64,000 nt of DNA from Escherichia coli (GTDB lineage: Bacteria; Pseudomonadota; Gammaproteobacteria; Enterobacterales; Enterobacteriaceae), in assembly GCF_044324875.1 (NCBI RefSeq), contig NZ_CP172185.1; one strand, written 5' to 3'. Of this stretch, positions 11,033 through 20,707 are shown piece by piece. The position numbers and the translations under genes were made by a program. The notes beneath the pieces were generated by a model. The model did not search any database. It saw nothing but the letters and a program-made list of their open reading frames with translations, and had not been told where the DNA came from. How positions within the stretch are numbered: the stretch's first letter is position 1; the number at the start of each line of letters is the position of its first letter.

Positions 11033-13003
11033 TTACCACTGATAACGGGTATAAAGACTGACAGTTCGGCCTGAAAGCGGCACACCTTTGCCATTCATGG
11101 CAAGCTTGTTGAAGGCATTATCCAGAGTTACTGACGCCTCAAAGCCTTTAACACTTACAGGCTTATAAGACAGTGAAAAGGAATGTATGGCATAGCCAGC
11201 CTGATAGGAGTCGCCTTTTTTCACATGCGTGGCTGATGCTGAAAGTTCAGCACGCCATCCGGCATAAACGCCTCTATGACCAACAGGTATGCTGATGTCA
11301 CTGATAAGTGTGTCAGGATTGCCGGAGCCCAGCCATTCCCTGCTGCTGGCATCCATACTTTCCGTCCGGTTATAAGAAAGCACCCAGTCAACATAATCAG
11401 ACTGGTAATTTCCCTGCATATCCCATCCCCAGATACGGGCCCGGGATACATTATAAGAATAAGAACGCATCCGTTTCATATCCACGCGTGTGGCAATATA
11501 GTTTCTGGCATCCGTTCCGAAATATCCGCCTTTTAACTGCAGCCGGTCATTGTCTGTAAGCAGGCCATCCAGTTGAATACCTGCGCCAATCTCACGGGTG
11601 ATGTTATTTTCTGGTTTCAGATTAAGGTTAGGAACCCAGTAATTGGGTTTACCCTTGCGGTAAAAATGTACATCATCCCTGTACATTTCTGCCATTGTGG
11701 GCGCTCGGAATGCAGAGGATATGGAGCCGTACATCATCAGCCAGTCTGTCGGTGAGACTGAAATCGCCGCCCTTGGGGACAGGCGTTCGGCTTTCAGTTC
11801 TCCGGCACGGGGATTGAAGCTCTTGTACCGGTCATAGCGGGAACCGACGATAATGTTAACAGGGTAGCTTTTCATTGTCATTTCATCCTGGAAATACAAC
11901 GATGTAAAGTCAATATTTCCTTCCGGATATAGTGTGGCAGAGCCTTCTGGCTTCTGCTGCTGACGGTAATATTCAGCGCCATAACTTAACTGATGGGCTC
12001 CCGGAAAAATCAGAGTATGACTCCTGTTGACAACATTAACACCGGAGGTTCTGTTGTTTCTCCATTCTGCCGTTTTGTTGTGACCGTTTGTCTTGATAGT
12101 GATATCACTGAGATATAACGTTGACTGTACATTGATGAGGCTGTTATCCACAGGAGCGTACTGGTACCAGAACTGTACGTCATTTTGTACTGTTTTTCTG
12201 TCACGCAGGCCGCTGTCACCATGTGTCTGAGTGGGATTGCCCGGTTCAGTGGTGTTATTCCGGTAGAGACGCAAGCTGGCACCTGCTTTGTTACTGTCTG
12301 TTATACCGACAGAGCCTTTCGCAAACAGGGCTGCAGGTTTTTCCTTGTTAGGTGCGCGCTCACCATCACTTTGATAGATATTACCTCTTTTACGCATAAT
12401 GACAGAAAGGAGCGCATCTGTTTTTCCGGTTTTACCGAACCAGGTGAGCCCCGAGCCTGTGCTGTGGTCACCACTGGCAATATTTCCCCACAGACTTAAA
12501 CCGTTTGTCTCTCCGGGGGGAAGGAAATCTGCTGCATCGGCAGTTCTGAAGTCCACTACACCTCCCAGCCCGCCACTGCCGTACAGACTGGAGTTTGGCC
12601 CGCGGACAACTTCGATACGTTTGACAAGAGCCGGATCCAGATAAGTGCCACTGCTTTTTGCCATGTCACTAAGTTGGCGGACGCCGTCAACAAGAACAAG
12701 TACCCCGCTTTTGTCATAGCCGCGTAGATTAAAGGTCTGCCCATTGGTCCGTCCTGCACCAGTCTGGCTGAGACCGGCAACACCTTTCAGCATGCCGGCC
12801 GATGTAACCGCATTCTGACTCCACGGTGTGTCATTCGTGACGACACTGACCATCGACGGCGTTTCAAATACCGTGTTCTGATTTCCTGTCGCGACAATGG
12901 TGATTGTATCTTTAGCCATAGAAGAATGACTGGTCGCTGCCTGTAGTCCCACCGGGACTATAATTAATGTACAAATGACAGTTCTGATTACATTCATATA
13001 CAT
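11033..13003 (-). CDS. TonB-dependent haem/haemoglobin outer-membrane receptor (ChuA/Hma-like)
   Basis: 656-aa ORF colinear with ChuA as I remember it. Shared segments include the plug region LRGYDKSGVLVLVDGVRQ and EVVRGPNSSLYGSGGLGGVV, the haem-receptor boxes SAFRAPTMAEMY (FRAP) and YWVPNLNLKPE (NPNL-like), and the terminal ..YTRYQW. Confidence 0.85.
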   Translation of the reverse strand: MYMNVIRTVICTLIIVPVGLQAATSHSSMAKDTITIVATGNQNTVFETPSMVSVVTNDTPWSQNAVTSAGMLKGVAGLSQTGAGRTNGQTFNLRGYDKSGVLVLVDGVRQLSDMAKSSGTYLDPALVKRIEVVRGPNSSLYGSGGLGGVVDFRTADAADFLPPGETNGLSLWGNIASGDHSTGSGLTWFGKTGKTDALLSVIMRKRGNIYQSDGERAPNKEKPAALFAKGSVGITDSNKAGASLRLYRNNTTEPGNPTQTHGDSGLRDRKTVQNDVQFWYQYAPVDNSLINVQSTLYLSDITIKTNGHNKTAEWRNNRTSGVNVVNRSHTLIFPGAHQLSYGAEYYRQQQKPEGSATLYPEGNIDFTSLYFQDEMTMKSYPVNIIVGSRYDRYKSFNPRAGELKAERLSPRAAISVSPTDWLMMYGSISSAFRAPTMAEMYRDDVHFYRKGKPNYWVPNLNLKPENNITREIGAGIQLDGLLTDNDRLQLKGGYFGTDARNYIATRVDMKRMRSYSYNVSRARIWGWDMQGNYQSDYVDWVLSYNRTESMDASSREWLGSGNPDTLISDISIPVGHRGVYAGWRAELSASATHVKKGDSYQAGYAIHSFSLSYKPVSVKGFEASVTLDNAFNKLAMNGKGVPLSGRTVSLYTRYQW

Positions 13004-13010
13004 TCATATA
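12991..13010. repeat. 10-bp tandem duplication (cattcatata x2) across the receptor start codon
   Basis: The minus strand reads ATGTATATGA ATGTATATGA ATG. This gives ATGs at 13013, 13007, 13003, 12997 and 12993, of which only 13003 and 12997 are in the receptor frame. Confidence 0.9.
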
Positions 13011-13034
13011 CATCCGAAAACATATGTCGGTATT

Positions 13035-13057
13035 AAAATGTTATAACATAACATTTT
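13035..13057. promoter_or_regulatory. AT-rich perfect palindrome upstream of the haem receptor (possible Fur-type operator)
   Basis: AAAATGTTAT-AAC-ATAACATTTT has 10-bp perfect arms and lies 32-54 nt upstream of ATG 13003. Haem receptors are classically Fur-regulated, but the match to the Fur box is only loose. Confidence 0.3.
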
Positions 13058-13809
13058 ATTTATGCAACTCTGATTATGTAGCGTTCAGTGATGAACTGTT
13101 AATAATATTCTGTCGATCCGCTAAGTGTCAGTGTATGCGGTAAGCCTGCCCTTGAGTCACTGTTTGGCAACTGCTACATCTAAGGTGACGTTATCCGCTG
13201 ACATCGATATTCCCGTGGTGAGAGATAACCTAACGCACTATGCGGGTGGTTCTCATTGTAATTCTCGAACGCCTATGCAAGGTTATGCAATGCCGTTATT
13301 ACATTCGGTTTCTGTATGAACGCAATGTAGTCTTCCTTCATCGTTTTCACTAACCTTTCTGCCATTCCATTACTCTGAGAGCTGCTGATTGCCGTTGTGC
13401 AGGGCTCCAGATCCAACTCTCTGGCGAACTGCCGTGTTTCATGCGCTCTATACGCTGAACCGTTATCTGTCAACCACCGGATGGACTGTTCCGGTACTTT
13501 ATCGCCAAAGAGTTTTTCTATCGCTCCTAACATCACATCCTGCACTGTCGCTTTATTGTAACCTCCCGTATTGGATGCCCAGTCGATAGCTTCACGATCG
13601 CAACAGTCCAGAGCGAACGTAACCCGGACTTTTTCGCCATCATCGCAACCGAACTCAAAGCCATCAGAACATCAACGCTGGTCGCTTTCCTTACCGATAT
13701 TCGGCCTTTATGTTCCCGCTGCGGTCGTGATGGTTTGTCATGTAACAACAGGATATTTTCGCTCATTATCCGGTAAACGGTAAGCGTCAACGGAGCACCG
13801 TATTGACGC

Positions 13810-15423
13810 TTATTTATTGGTGAGTACTACGTTCCATGGCAGGAGTTCATCAACTCGGTTGGAAGGCCATTCCGGCAGTACGCTCAGGATATGGCGCAGA
13901 TACGCTTCCGGATCGATACCGTTCAGACGGCAGGTGCCGATCAGCCCGTACAACAGTGCTCCACGCTCGCCGCCGTGATCGCTGCCAAAGAACATAAAGT
14001 TTTTCTTTCCGAGACAGACTGCACGAAGCGCTCTTTCCGCAGCATTATTATCCGCCTCCGCCAGACCGTCATCACTGTAATAACAGAGGGCATCCCACTG
14101 ATTCAGTACATAGCTGAACGCTTCGCCCAGTCTGGATTTTTTCGACAGCGTACCATTCTTCTCCACCATCCATTCATGCAGCGACGTCAGTAACACTTTG
14201 CTTCGCTGCTGCCTGACGGCAAGACGCTCTGACTCCGCTAATCCCCGTATTTCATCCTCGATGGCGTACAGTTCACTGATTCGCTTCAGGGCTTCTTCTG
14301 CCGTCGCACTTTTGCTGCTGATGTATACATCGTGGATTTTTCGCCGGGCATGGGCCCAGCACGCAACTTCTGTCAGTGCACCACCTTCACGTTCTGCACT
14401 GAACAACCTGTCGTAACCTGTGAACGCATCCGCCTGCAGGATACCCCGGAAGGGGCGGAGGTGTTGCTCCGGGTGTTTCCCCTGCCGGTTCGGCGAGTAC
14501 GCGAACCAGACCGCTGGAGGAGATGACGAACCCACATTGCGATCATCCCGGACATACGTCCAGATACGCCCTGTTTTCGCCTTTTTCTGACCCGGTGCCA
14601 GTACCTTTACCGGTGTGTCATCAGTGTGAACCTTGCGGGTGTTCATTACATAACGGTACAGGGCATCATTCACCGGTGTCATTAACTGGCAGCACGCGTC
14701 AACCCAGTTGGAGAGTAAGGCCCGGCTCAGTTCGACACCCTGGCGGGCAAAGATTTCACTCTGACGATACAGTGGCAGATGTTCGCAGTATTTTCCCGTT
14801 AACACGCGGGCAAGTAATCCGGGGCCCGCGATACCACGCTCTATCGGGCGGGACGACGCCGGTGCTTCAACAATACAGTCACATTTTGTACAGGCTTTTT
14901 TTACCCGTTCTGTGCGGATCACTTTCAGGGCACTGCTCACCAGTTCCAGCTGTTCAGCGCTGACTTCCCCCAGATAATCCAGCTCACCGCCACACTCCGG
15001 GCAACAGCTTTCTTCTGGCTCCAGGCGGTGTATTTCACGGGGAAGGTGTGCCGGTAACGGACGACGATGGCGCGACTGTCGCAACTGGCGGGGAACCTGA
15101 GGATCGTCTTCCCGCCCACTGTAACGATCGCTGTCCTGTTCACGTTGTTTCAGCAGAGCCTCAGCCAGTTCAACTTCACGACGCAGTTTTTCAGAACGGG
15201 GACCGAACAGCATCCGGAGCAGTTTTTCTATCTGAGCCCGCAGATGTTCTATTTCCCGTTCATCTTCTTCGATCTTTTCTTCGGCACGTGTCAGTGCAGA
15301 GCGCAGGAAGGCTTCCCTCTCTTCAACCAGACTCAGTTGCTGGTCTTTCTGACGGAGGGCTTCAGCCTGCTCAGAGAGCAATCTTTCCAGCTCTGCGATG
15401 CGAATGAGGTATTTCTGACTCAT
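13810..15423 (-). CDS. IS66-family transposase (TnpC)
   Basis: 537 aa with an N-terminal coiled coil, a CPECGG zinc motif, and LPLYRQSEIFARQG..TDDTPVKVLAPG... Confidence 0.92.
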   Translation of the reverse strand: MSQKYLIRIAELERLLSEQAEALRQKDQQLSLVEEREAFLRSALTRAEEKIEEDEREIEHLRAQIEKLLRMLFGPRSEKLRREVELAEALLKQREQDSDRYSGREDDPQVPRQLRQSRHRRPLPAHLPREIHRLEPEESCCPECGGELDYLGEVSAEQLELVSSALKVIRTERVKKACTKCDCIVEAPASSRPIERGIAGPGLLARVLTGKYCEHLPLYRQSEIFARQGVELSRALLSNWVDACCQLMTPVNDALYRYVMNTRKVHTDDTPVKVLAPGQKKAKTGRIWTYVRDDRNVGSSSPPAVWFAYSPNRQGKHPEQHLRPFRGILQADAFTGYDRLFSAEREGGALTEVACWAHARRKIHDVYISSKSATAEEALKRISELYAIEDEIRGLAESERLAVRQQRSKVLLTSLHEWMVEKNGTLSKKSRLGEAFSYVLNQWDALCYYSDDGLAEADNNAAERALRAVCLGKKNFMFFGSDHGGERGALLYGLIGTCRLNGIDPEAYLRHILSVLPEWPSNRVDELLPWNVVLTNK

Positions 15424-15453
15424 GACCGTTTTTATAATGCGGTCAGGAGTTTT

Positions 15454-15804
15454 TTACAACATTGTCAGTGAGTTACGGCTGGATGTTTTTGGCTGACGCC
15501 AGTCCAGCTTATCGAGGAGCATTGCCAGTTGCGAGCGGGTAATGGATACCTTGCCGTCACGTACCGCAGGCCAGATAAACTGGCCTTCCTCCAGGCGTTT
15601 GGTGAACAGGCACAGACCATCAGCATCAGCCCAAAGAATTTTGACGGTGTCACCCCGTCGGCCACGGAAGATAAACAGGTGACCGGAGAAGGGATTATCA
15701 TTCAGCACATGTTGTACCTGTTCTCCCAGTCCGTTGAAGGATTTACGCATATCGGTAACGCCGGCAACGAGCCAGATACGGGTACCTGATGGGAGTGAGA
15801 TCAT
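15454..15804 (-). CDS. IS66 accessory protein TnpB (Orf2)
   Basis: 116 aa: MISLPSGTRIWLVAGVTDMRKSFNGLG..LFIFRGRRGDTVKILWADADGLCLFTKRLE. Confidence 0.92.
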   Translation of the reverse strand: MISLPSGTRIWLVAGVTDMRKSFNGLGEQVQHVLNDNPFSGHLFIFRGRRGDTVKILWADADGLCLFTKRLEEGQFIWPAVRDGKVSITRSQLAMLLDKLDWRQPKTSSRNSLTML

Positions 15805-16226
15805 CTTCCCCTCCCGGTCAGTTCACGGATCAACACCGTGAGCAGCTCTGGCGATGGATTTTCCAGCGTCATGTTACCGTGACGGAATTCCACCTTGCAG
15901 GAACTGGCACTGACTCTGGTCTGAGTGGAAGTGGATAAAGACGGCGCAATGGCCGCCACAGGTTCTTTCTGCTCATCCGGCGTTATTTCTACAGGTAATA
16001 ATTCAACGCCAGTGTCAGAAGAGGTCGTTACCGGAAGACGCCGCGAAACACGCCCTTCGTTCTGCCAGAGCCTGAGCCATTTGAAAATAACATTATCATT
16101 GACGCCATTTTCACGTGCAATCTGTGCAACACAAGCTCCAGGTTGTGATGCCAGTTCCACCATACGAAGTTTGAATTCATTCGAATAGTTTTTACGAGGT
16201 TCTTTTCGCCAGTCCTGTAATTCCAT
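15801..16226 (-). CDS. IS66 accessory protein TnpA (Orf1)
   Basis: 141 aa with an HTH-like segment, NYSNEFKLRMVELASQPGACVAQIARENGVNDNVIFKWLRLWQNEG. It overlaps tnpB by 4 nt. Confidence 0.9.
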   Translation of the reverse strand: MELQDWRKEPRKNYSNEFKLRMVELASQPGACVAQIARENGVNDNVIFKWLRLWQNEGRVSRRLPVTTSSDTGVELLPVEITPDEQKEPVAAIAPSLSTSTQTRVSASSCKVEFRHGNMTLENPSPELLTVLIRELTGRGR

Positions 16227-17424
16227 ACTTAGATGTCCGTCTATATCAGATGGGCGTCTAAGTTACCAATTCTCGTCTGATGGCTACATACGGCGGTCAG
16301 TTTACGCTTACGGTAAACGCGCTTTGCATTCACTAACGGTAGTCCTTCATTTAGGGACTGCCGCCTGAGTATCGCCCAGAACACGGCTTACCGGGGCTAT
16401 TCCTTGTCCGAAGGTAACAAGGGCACATGCGCTATCCATTTTCGCGATTGCGCATACTCCACCACTTCTTTGAGGATCTAAACTTCCATGGTTTTTTACC
16501 CAGCAAGAGCTGTAACTCTTTTATTTGTTTTATAGCGGCAGGCAGTTCTGAGGCAGGAACGACACCCTCTCCTGAAGCAACAGCAGTGAGACTTCCTTCC
16601 AGAGATTGTTTTTCCACTTAAACAACAGGCAGGGCTGAATACAACGCAAACGCGCCACATGTGACACCGCCATGCCAGGCTCCATTGTCTGCTGAATAAT
16701 GCCAATTTTTTCCTGAGGAGTTTTACGTTTACGAAGCTACAGCCCCGGCAAAGTTCCAGTCATCTCAAAATTAGAACCAGTGTCAGACATATATCCAAGC
16801 CTGTCTCTTATTTTAAGATACATCCACTATCTGGCGTTTCAAGGGGCTGGTCCAGCTACAAATATTATTGAAAGAAATTTTTATGAAAACGAAGCTTTTT
16901 ACGATTTCTATCGGCATTGATGTAATATAGAAGAGTTATATAAATTATTCAAATCAAATTTTCTATTGAATATTTTCATTCACAGAGTGAGAAAGATGTA
17001 AAATAAAAATACAGGCTCATATATTATTACTTAACCTTACATGGATATCCTGAAATGACATTAATTATTAAGATAATAACGTTTTCATCGGTAGTAGTAG
17101 AAATAAACAAAATTTTAATTTCAAAAACTGCTTGTTTCTCGTAGTGAGGTACTTGTCTTTACTGATTCGGGTAACAGGAAAACATTTAAAATCATTCTGT
17201 TGCGCTCTTTCTGAGAGGCTGATTGCAAAATGGCATCTGAATCGATCGCAGTTGTATGACTCAGCGAGTAAGGCCAGGGAGGTGTTACCCACGAAAATAT
17301 GTACGGCCCAGAACGCGCTGGAACTCTTTTGATGCTCCAGCAAGAACTTAACCGAATGCCATTGGTACGCTGCCCCACAGAAAATTCCGTCACTAATGGC
17401 GGTAGCCGACAGATTCACATGGCG

Positions 17425-17763
17425 TTACCGCAGTAAACCAAGATGGATCTTGATTGCGTCCTCAACAGACAACATATCTGCTTTGGACAACGAGCCAATA
17501 TGTGTTTTGAGACAGGACTTATCCGCCGCCATAATCTGCTCTACAATCGCTTTGCTGCTCTGACACCTACGGTCACAACAGCCTCACTTGGATACACTCG
17601 CTCTGTGTTACTGGTCAGAGGAACGACGACTACTCGAGCGAGGTTCCTGTTTGCTGCGTCATTGCTCACGATCACTGCCGGACATGTCTTGCGGATTTCA
17701 CTGTCAACAGCAGGATCAAATTCAATCCACCACGTCTCACCTGTGCCGTCACTGCTCTGTCAT
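17425..17763 (-). pseudogene. PemK/MazF-family type II toxin gene, frameshifted, with no antitoxin gene
   Basis: Manual translation gives GETWWIEFDPAVDSEIRKTCPAVIVSNDAANRNLARVVVVPLTSNTERVYPSEAVVTVG, then a stop. The C-terminus continues in another frame (SKAIVEQIMAADKSCLKTHIGSLSKADMLSVEDAIKIHLGLLR*). The ATG frame stops after 4 codons. Only about 130 bp separate it from ugpB. Confidence 0.7.
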
Positions 17764-17896
17764 CTTTCTAACACTTTACTGTCTAACACATGTAATAAAA
17801 AAGTTATTTTTCTGCAATTCGGGCATGATATTTAATCCCACGAGCATGAAACGTGTGAATTCGCTCATCAGGTACAACAAGCAAGAGAGATAAACG

Positions 17897-19213
17897 ATGA
17901 AACCGTTACATTATACAGCTTCAGCACTGGTGCTCGGACTGACGTTAATGGGGAATGCACAGGCAGTGACGACCATTCCGTTCTGGCACTCTATGGAAGG
18001 GGAACTGGGTAAAGAGGTGAATTCTCTGGTCCAACGTTTTAACGCCGAAAACCCGGATTACAAAATTATACCGACTTATAAAGGCAACTACGAAGAGAGT
18101 TTAAGTGCGGGGATCGCAGCATTTCGTACCGGTAACGCTCCGGCTATTTTGCAGGTTTATGAAGTTGGCACCGCCACCATGATGGCGTCGAAAGCCATTA
18201 AACCGGTGTATGACGTGTTTAAAGAGGCGGGGATTAACTTTGATGAGTCGCAGTTTGTGCCGACGGTTTCAGGCTACTACTCCGACAGCAAAACGGGACA
18301 CTTACTCTCCCAGCCGTTCAACAGCTCGACTCCTGTTCTCTATTACAACAAAGATGCTTTCAAGAAAGCAGGATTAGACCCGGAACAGCCGCCGAAAACC
18401 TGGCAGGATCTGGCGGACTATGCCGCGAAACTGAAAGCCTCCGGTATGAAGTGCGGCTACGCCAGCGGCTGGCAGGGCTGGATCCAACTGGAAAACTTTA
18501 GCGCCTGGAACGGTCTGCCGTTTGCCAGCAAAAACAACGGCTTTGACGGCACAGATGCGGTGCTGGAGTTCAACAAGCCGGAGCAGGTGAAACACATCGC
18601 CATGCTCGAAGAGATGAACAAGAAAGGCGATTTCAGCTACGTCGGGCGTAAGGATGAATCCACCGAGAAGTTCTATAACGGTGATTGCGCAATGACGACT
18701 GCCTCTTCTGGTTCTCTTGCCAGCATTCGCGAGTACGCCAAATTCAACTACGGCGTAGGCATGATGCCTTACGACGCTGACGCGAAAGATGCACCACAAA
18801 ACGCCATTATCGGCGGAGCCAGCCTGTGGGTGATGCAGGGCAAAGATAAAGAAACGTATACCGGCGTGGCGAAGTTCCTCGACTTCCTCGCGAAGCCAGA
18901 AAATGCTGCCGAGTGGCATCAGAAAACCGGTTATCTGCCAATCACCAAAGCGGCGTATGACCTGACCCGTGAGCAGGGCTTTTATGAGAAAAACCCAGGG
19001 GCGGATATCGCGACACGTCAGATGCTGAACAAACCGTCGTTACCGTTCACCAAAGGACTACGTCTGGGCAACATGCCGCAGATCAGAGCGATTGTGGATG
19101 AAGAGCTTGAGAGCGTGTGGACCGGTAAGAAGACGCCACAGCAGGCGCTGGATACCGCCGTTGAGCGTGGGAATCAGTTACTACGCCGCTTTGAGAAATC
19201 GACGAAGTCTTAA
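17897..19213 (+). CDS. ugpB: sn-glycerol-3-phosphate/glycerophosphodiester ABC transporter periplasmic binding protein (island-borne copy)
   Basis: 438 aa, near-identical to UgpB ([28 protein letters not shown]..) with scattered substitutions. No ugpA, ugpE or ugpC follows it. Confidence 0.9.
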   Translation: MKPLHYTASALVLGLTLMGNAQAVTTIPFWHSMEGELGKEVNSLVQRFNAENPDYKIIPTYKGNYEESLSAGIAAFRTGNAPAILQVYEVGTATMMASKAIKPVYDVFKEAGINFDESQFVPTVSGYYSDSKTGHLLSQPFNSSTPVLYYNKDAFKKAGLDPEQPPKTWQDLADYAAKLKASGMKCGYASGWQGWIQLENFSAWNGLPFASKNNGFDGTDAVLEFNKPEQVKHIAMLEEMNKKGDFSYVGRKDESTEKFYNGDCAMTTASSGSLASIREYAKFNYGVGMMPYDADAKDAPQNAIIGGASLWVMQGKDKETYTGVAKFLDFLAKPENAAEWHQKTGYLPITKAAYDLTREQGFYEKNPGADIATRQMLNKPSLPFTKGLRLGNMPQIRAIVDEELESVWTGKKTPQQALDTAVERGNQLLRRFEKSTKS

Positions 19214-19337
19214 CCAGTGTAATGTCGGATACGTTTCGCCTATCTGAGCTAACATCGCGTGTAGGCCGATGTGATTGACATCTTCCTCCTTACGGCATCA
19301 ACGTTCCAGACTGAGATGTACCCAGTTCCCTGGTGGA

Positions 19338-20349
19338 GAAGTCAGTCATGAATATTAATCGTATTGGTTTCGATCTTGCCGAAAAATGTTTTTCAAATCC
19401 ACGGCGTTGATCACAATGAATAGTGGTACGGAGAAAAACGCTGAGCCCTCCCCACATGATGACGTTTTTCTCCGGGCTTTCTCCCTGCCTCATCAGCATC
19501 GAAGTCTGTGGCTCTTCCCATTCTGGGCACGGGAACTCATTCCGTATGGGGCCTACCGTGCGCATTATTCCGTAGAAACTTGTCAAATCTTATCTCAAAG
19601 GTAACAAAAACGACGCTAATAATGCAGCTGCCATCTGTGAGGCCGTCAGCAGGCCCGGCATGCGATTTGTTGTTTTCATATCGGAATCCCAGCAGACGTT
19701 ACAGGAAGAATACCGGGTCCGGGCCAGAATCATCCGCGAGCGAACGGCGTTGCGTAATGAAATCCGGGGGCTGTTGAGTGAATTTGGTCTGCTGCTGCCT
19801 GTGGGGATAAGGCACGTGCGTAAAATCCAGCAGGGAATACTGCCCAGGGGCAGTGGAATGACCCTTCATCCGTTTGTTGTGCGAACTGTCAGAGTAAAAT
19901 GAACTCATATCGTCTCATGACCACCGTCTTCATGAGGCTGCAAGGGATGATATCCGTATTAAACAGCTGATGGAGCTAAAAGGAGTTGGTCCCACAACAG
20001 CCTGTGCGCTGGTTGCCTGTATCGGTAATGCACATGATTTTAAAAAGGGACGGCAACTGGCAGCCTGGCTGGGCTGACGCTATCACAATACCGCAGCGGC
20101 TGAATGTCGAAGCTGGGCAGGATAACAAAAGCCGGTGATTCGTATCTGCGAATGCTTCTGGTTCAGGGGGCTCGTTCAGTACTGATTGGTGCTGAGAAAA
20201 GGACTGACTCATTCAGTCGTTGGGTCTGTTCACTGGTTGAACGCAGAGAATACTGACGCGCTGTTGTGGCCATCGCCGCCAGAAAGGTAAGGCTGTGCTG
20301 GGCATCATGTCATTACGGTGATGATTTCAGGCTGTATTCAGCCAGCTAA
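19338..20349 (+). pseudogene. IS110-family transposase gene, multiply frameshifted
   Basis: Fragments across three frames: MNINRIGFDLAEK.., ..YLKGNKNDANNAAAICEAVSRPGMRFV.., ..IIRERTALRNEIRGLLSEFGLLLP.., ..GVGPTTACALVACIGNAHDFKKGRQLAAWLG.. and a terminal ..HYGDDFRLYSAS*. No intact ORF remains. Confidence 0.75.
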
Positions 20350-20707
20350 AGCACGCAGCAACCGTATGACTATCTGATCTGCAACTCGTTGATGATAAAG
20401 TGTTAGACCCCGTGAGGTATATCTGATTATTGTACAGGATATACGTATCCGCTTAACGAACAAGAGCCTCACTCGCGTCTTTCATCTGGGCCGAATAGAT
20501 GAGATTCATCATGGTTGTTTATAGTACCGTCGTCTCTCCCCTTTATTTTTACAGAAAAGCAAACAGAAACCATAAATACCGGCGTTGACATGGCGGGGAA
20601 GCCGGCAACGGCTATCCCTACCGTAATCATAATATTTCTGTCATTTCTGCTCCCTACAATGACGTTAGTTTTACTTCTGGGCGATAACAACGAAAGGAGA
20701 GTATGAC

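Larger units (their letters stand above)
13780..16311 (-). mobile_element. IS66-family element, complete (2532 bp)
   Basis: Terminal inverted repeats are GTAAGCGTCAACGGAGCACCG and GTAAGCGTAAACTGACCGCCG (revcomp). It is flanked by the 8-bp direct repeat GGTAAACG (13772-13779 and 16312-16319). It carries the three standard ORFs. Confidence 0.9.
13136..16858 (-). mobile_element. degenerate IS3-family (IS2-like) element carrying a nested IS66-family insertion
   Basis: OrfB-like fragments at 13273..13545 and 13533..13790 (..[55 protein letters not shown]..) contain frameshifts and stops. An OrfA-like fragment lies at about 16430-16760. Terminal sequences resemble the IS2 inverted repeats (16858 end: TAGCTGGACCAGCCCCTTGAA on the minus strand). 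Confidence 0.7.

Noticed and set aside
17068-17835. ORFs 17068..17418 (-), 17121..17393 (-), 17443..17835 (+) and 17588..17893 (+)
   Set aside because: The + ORFs are antisense to the MazF-like pseudogene. The minus ORFs lie in AT-rich junk downstream of it and have implausible sequences and no start context.
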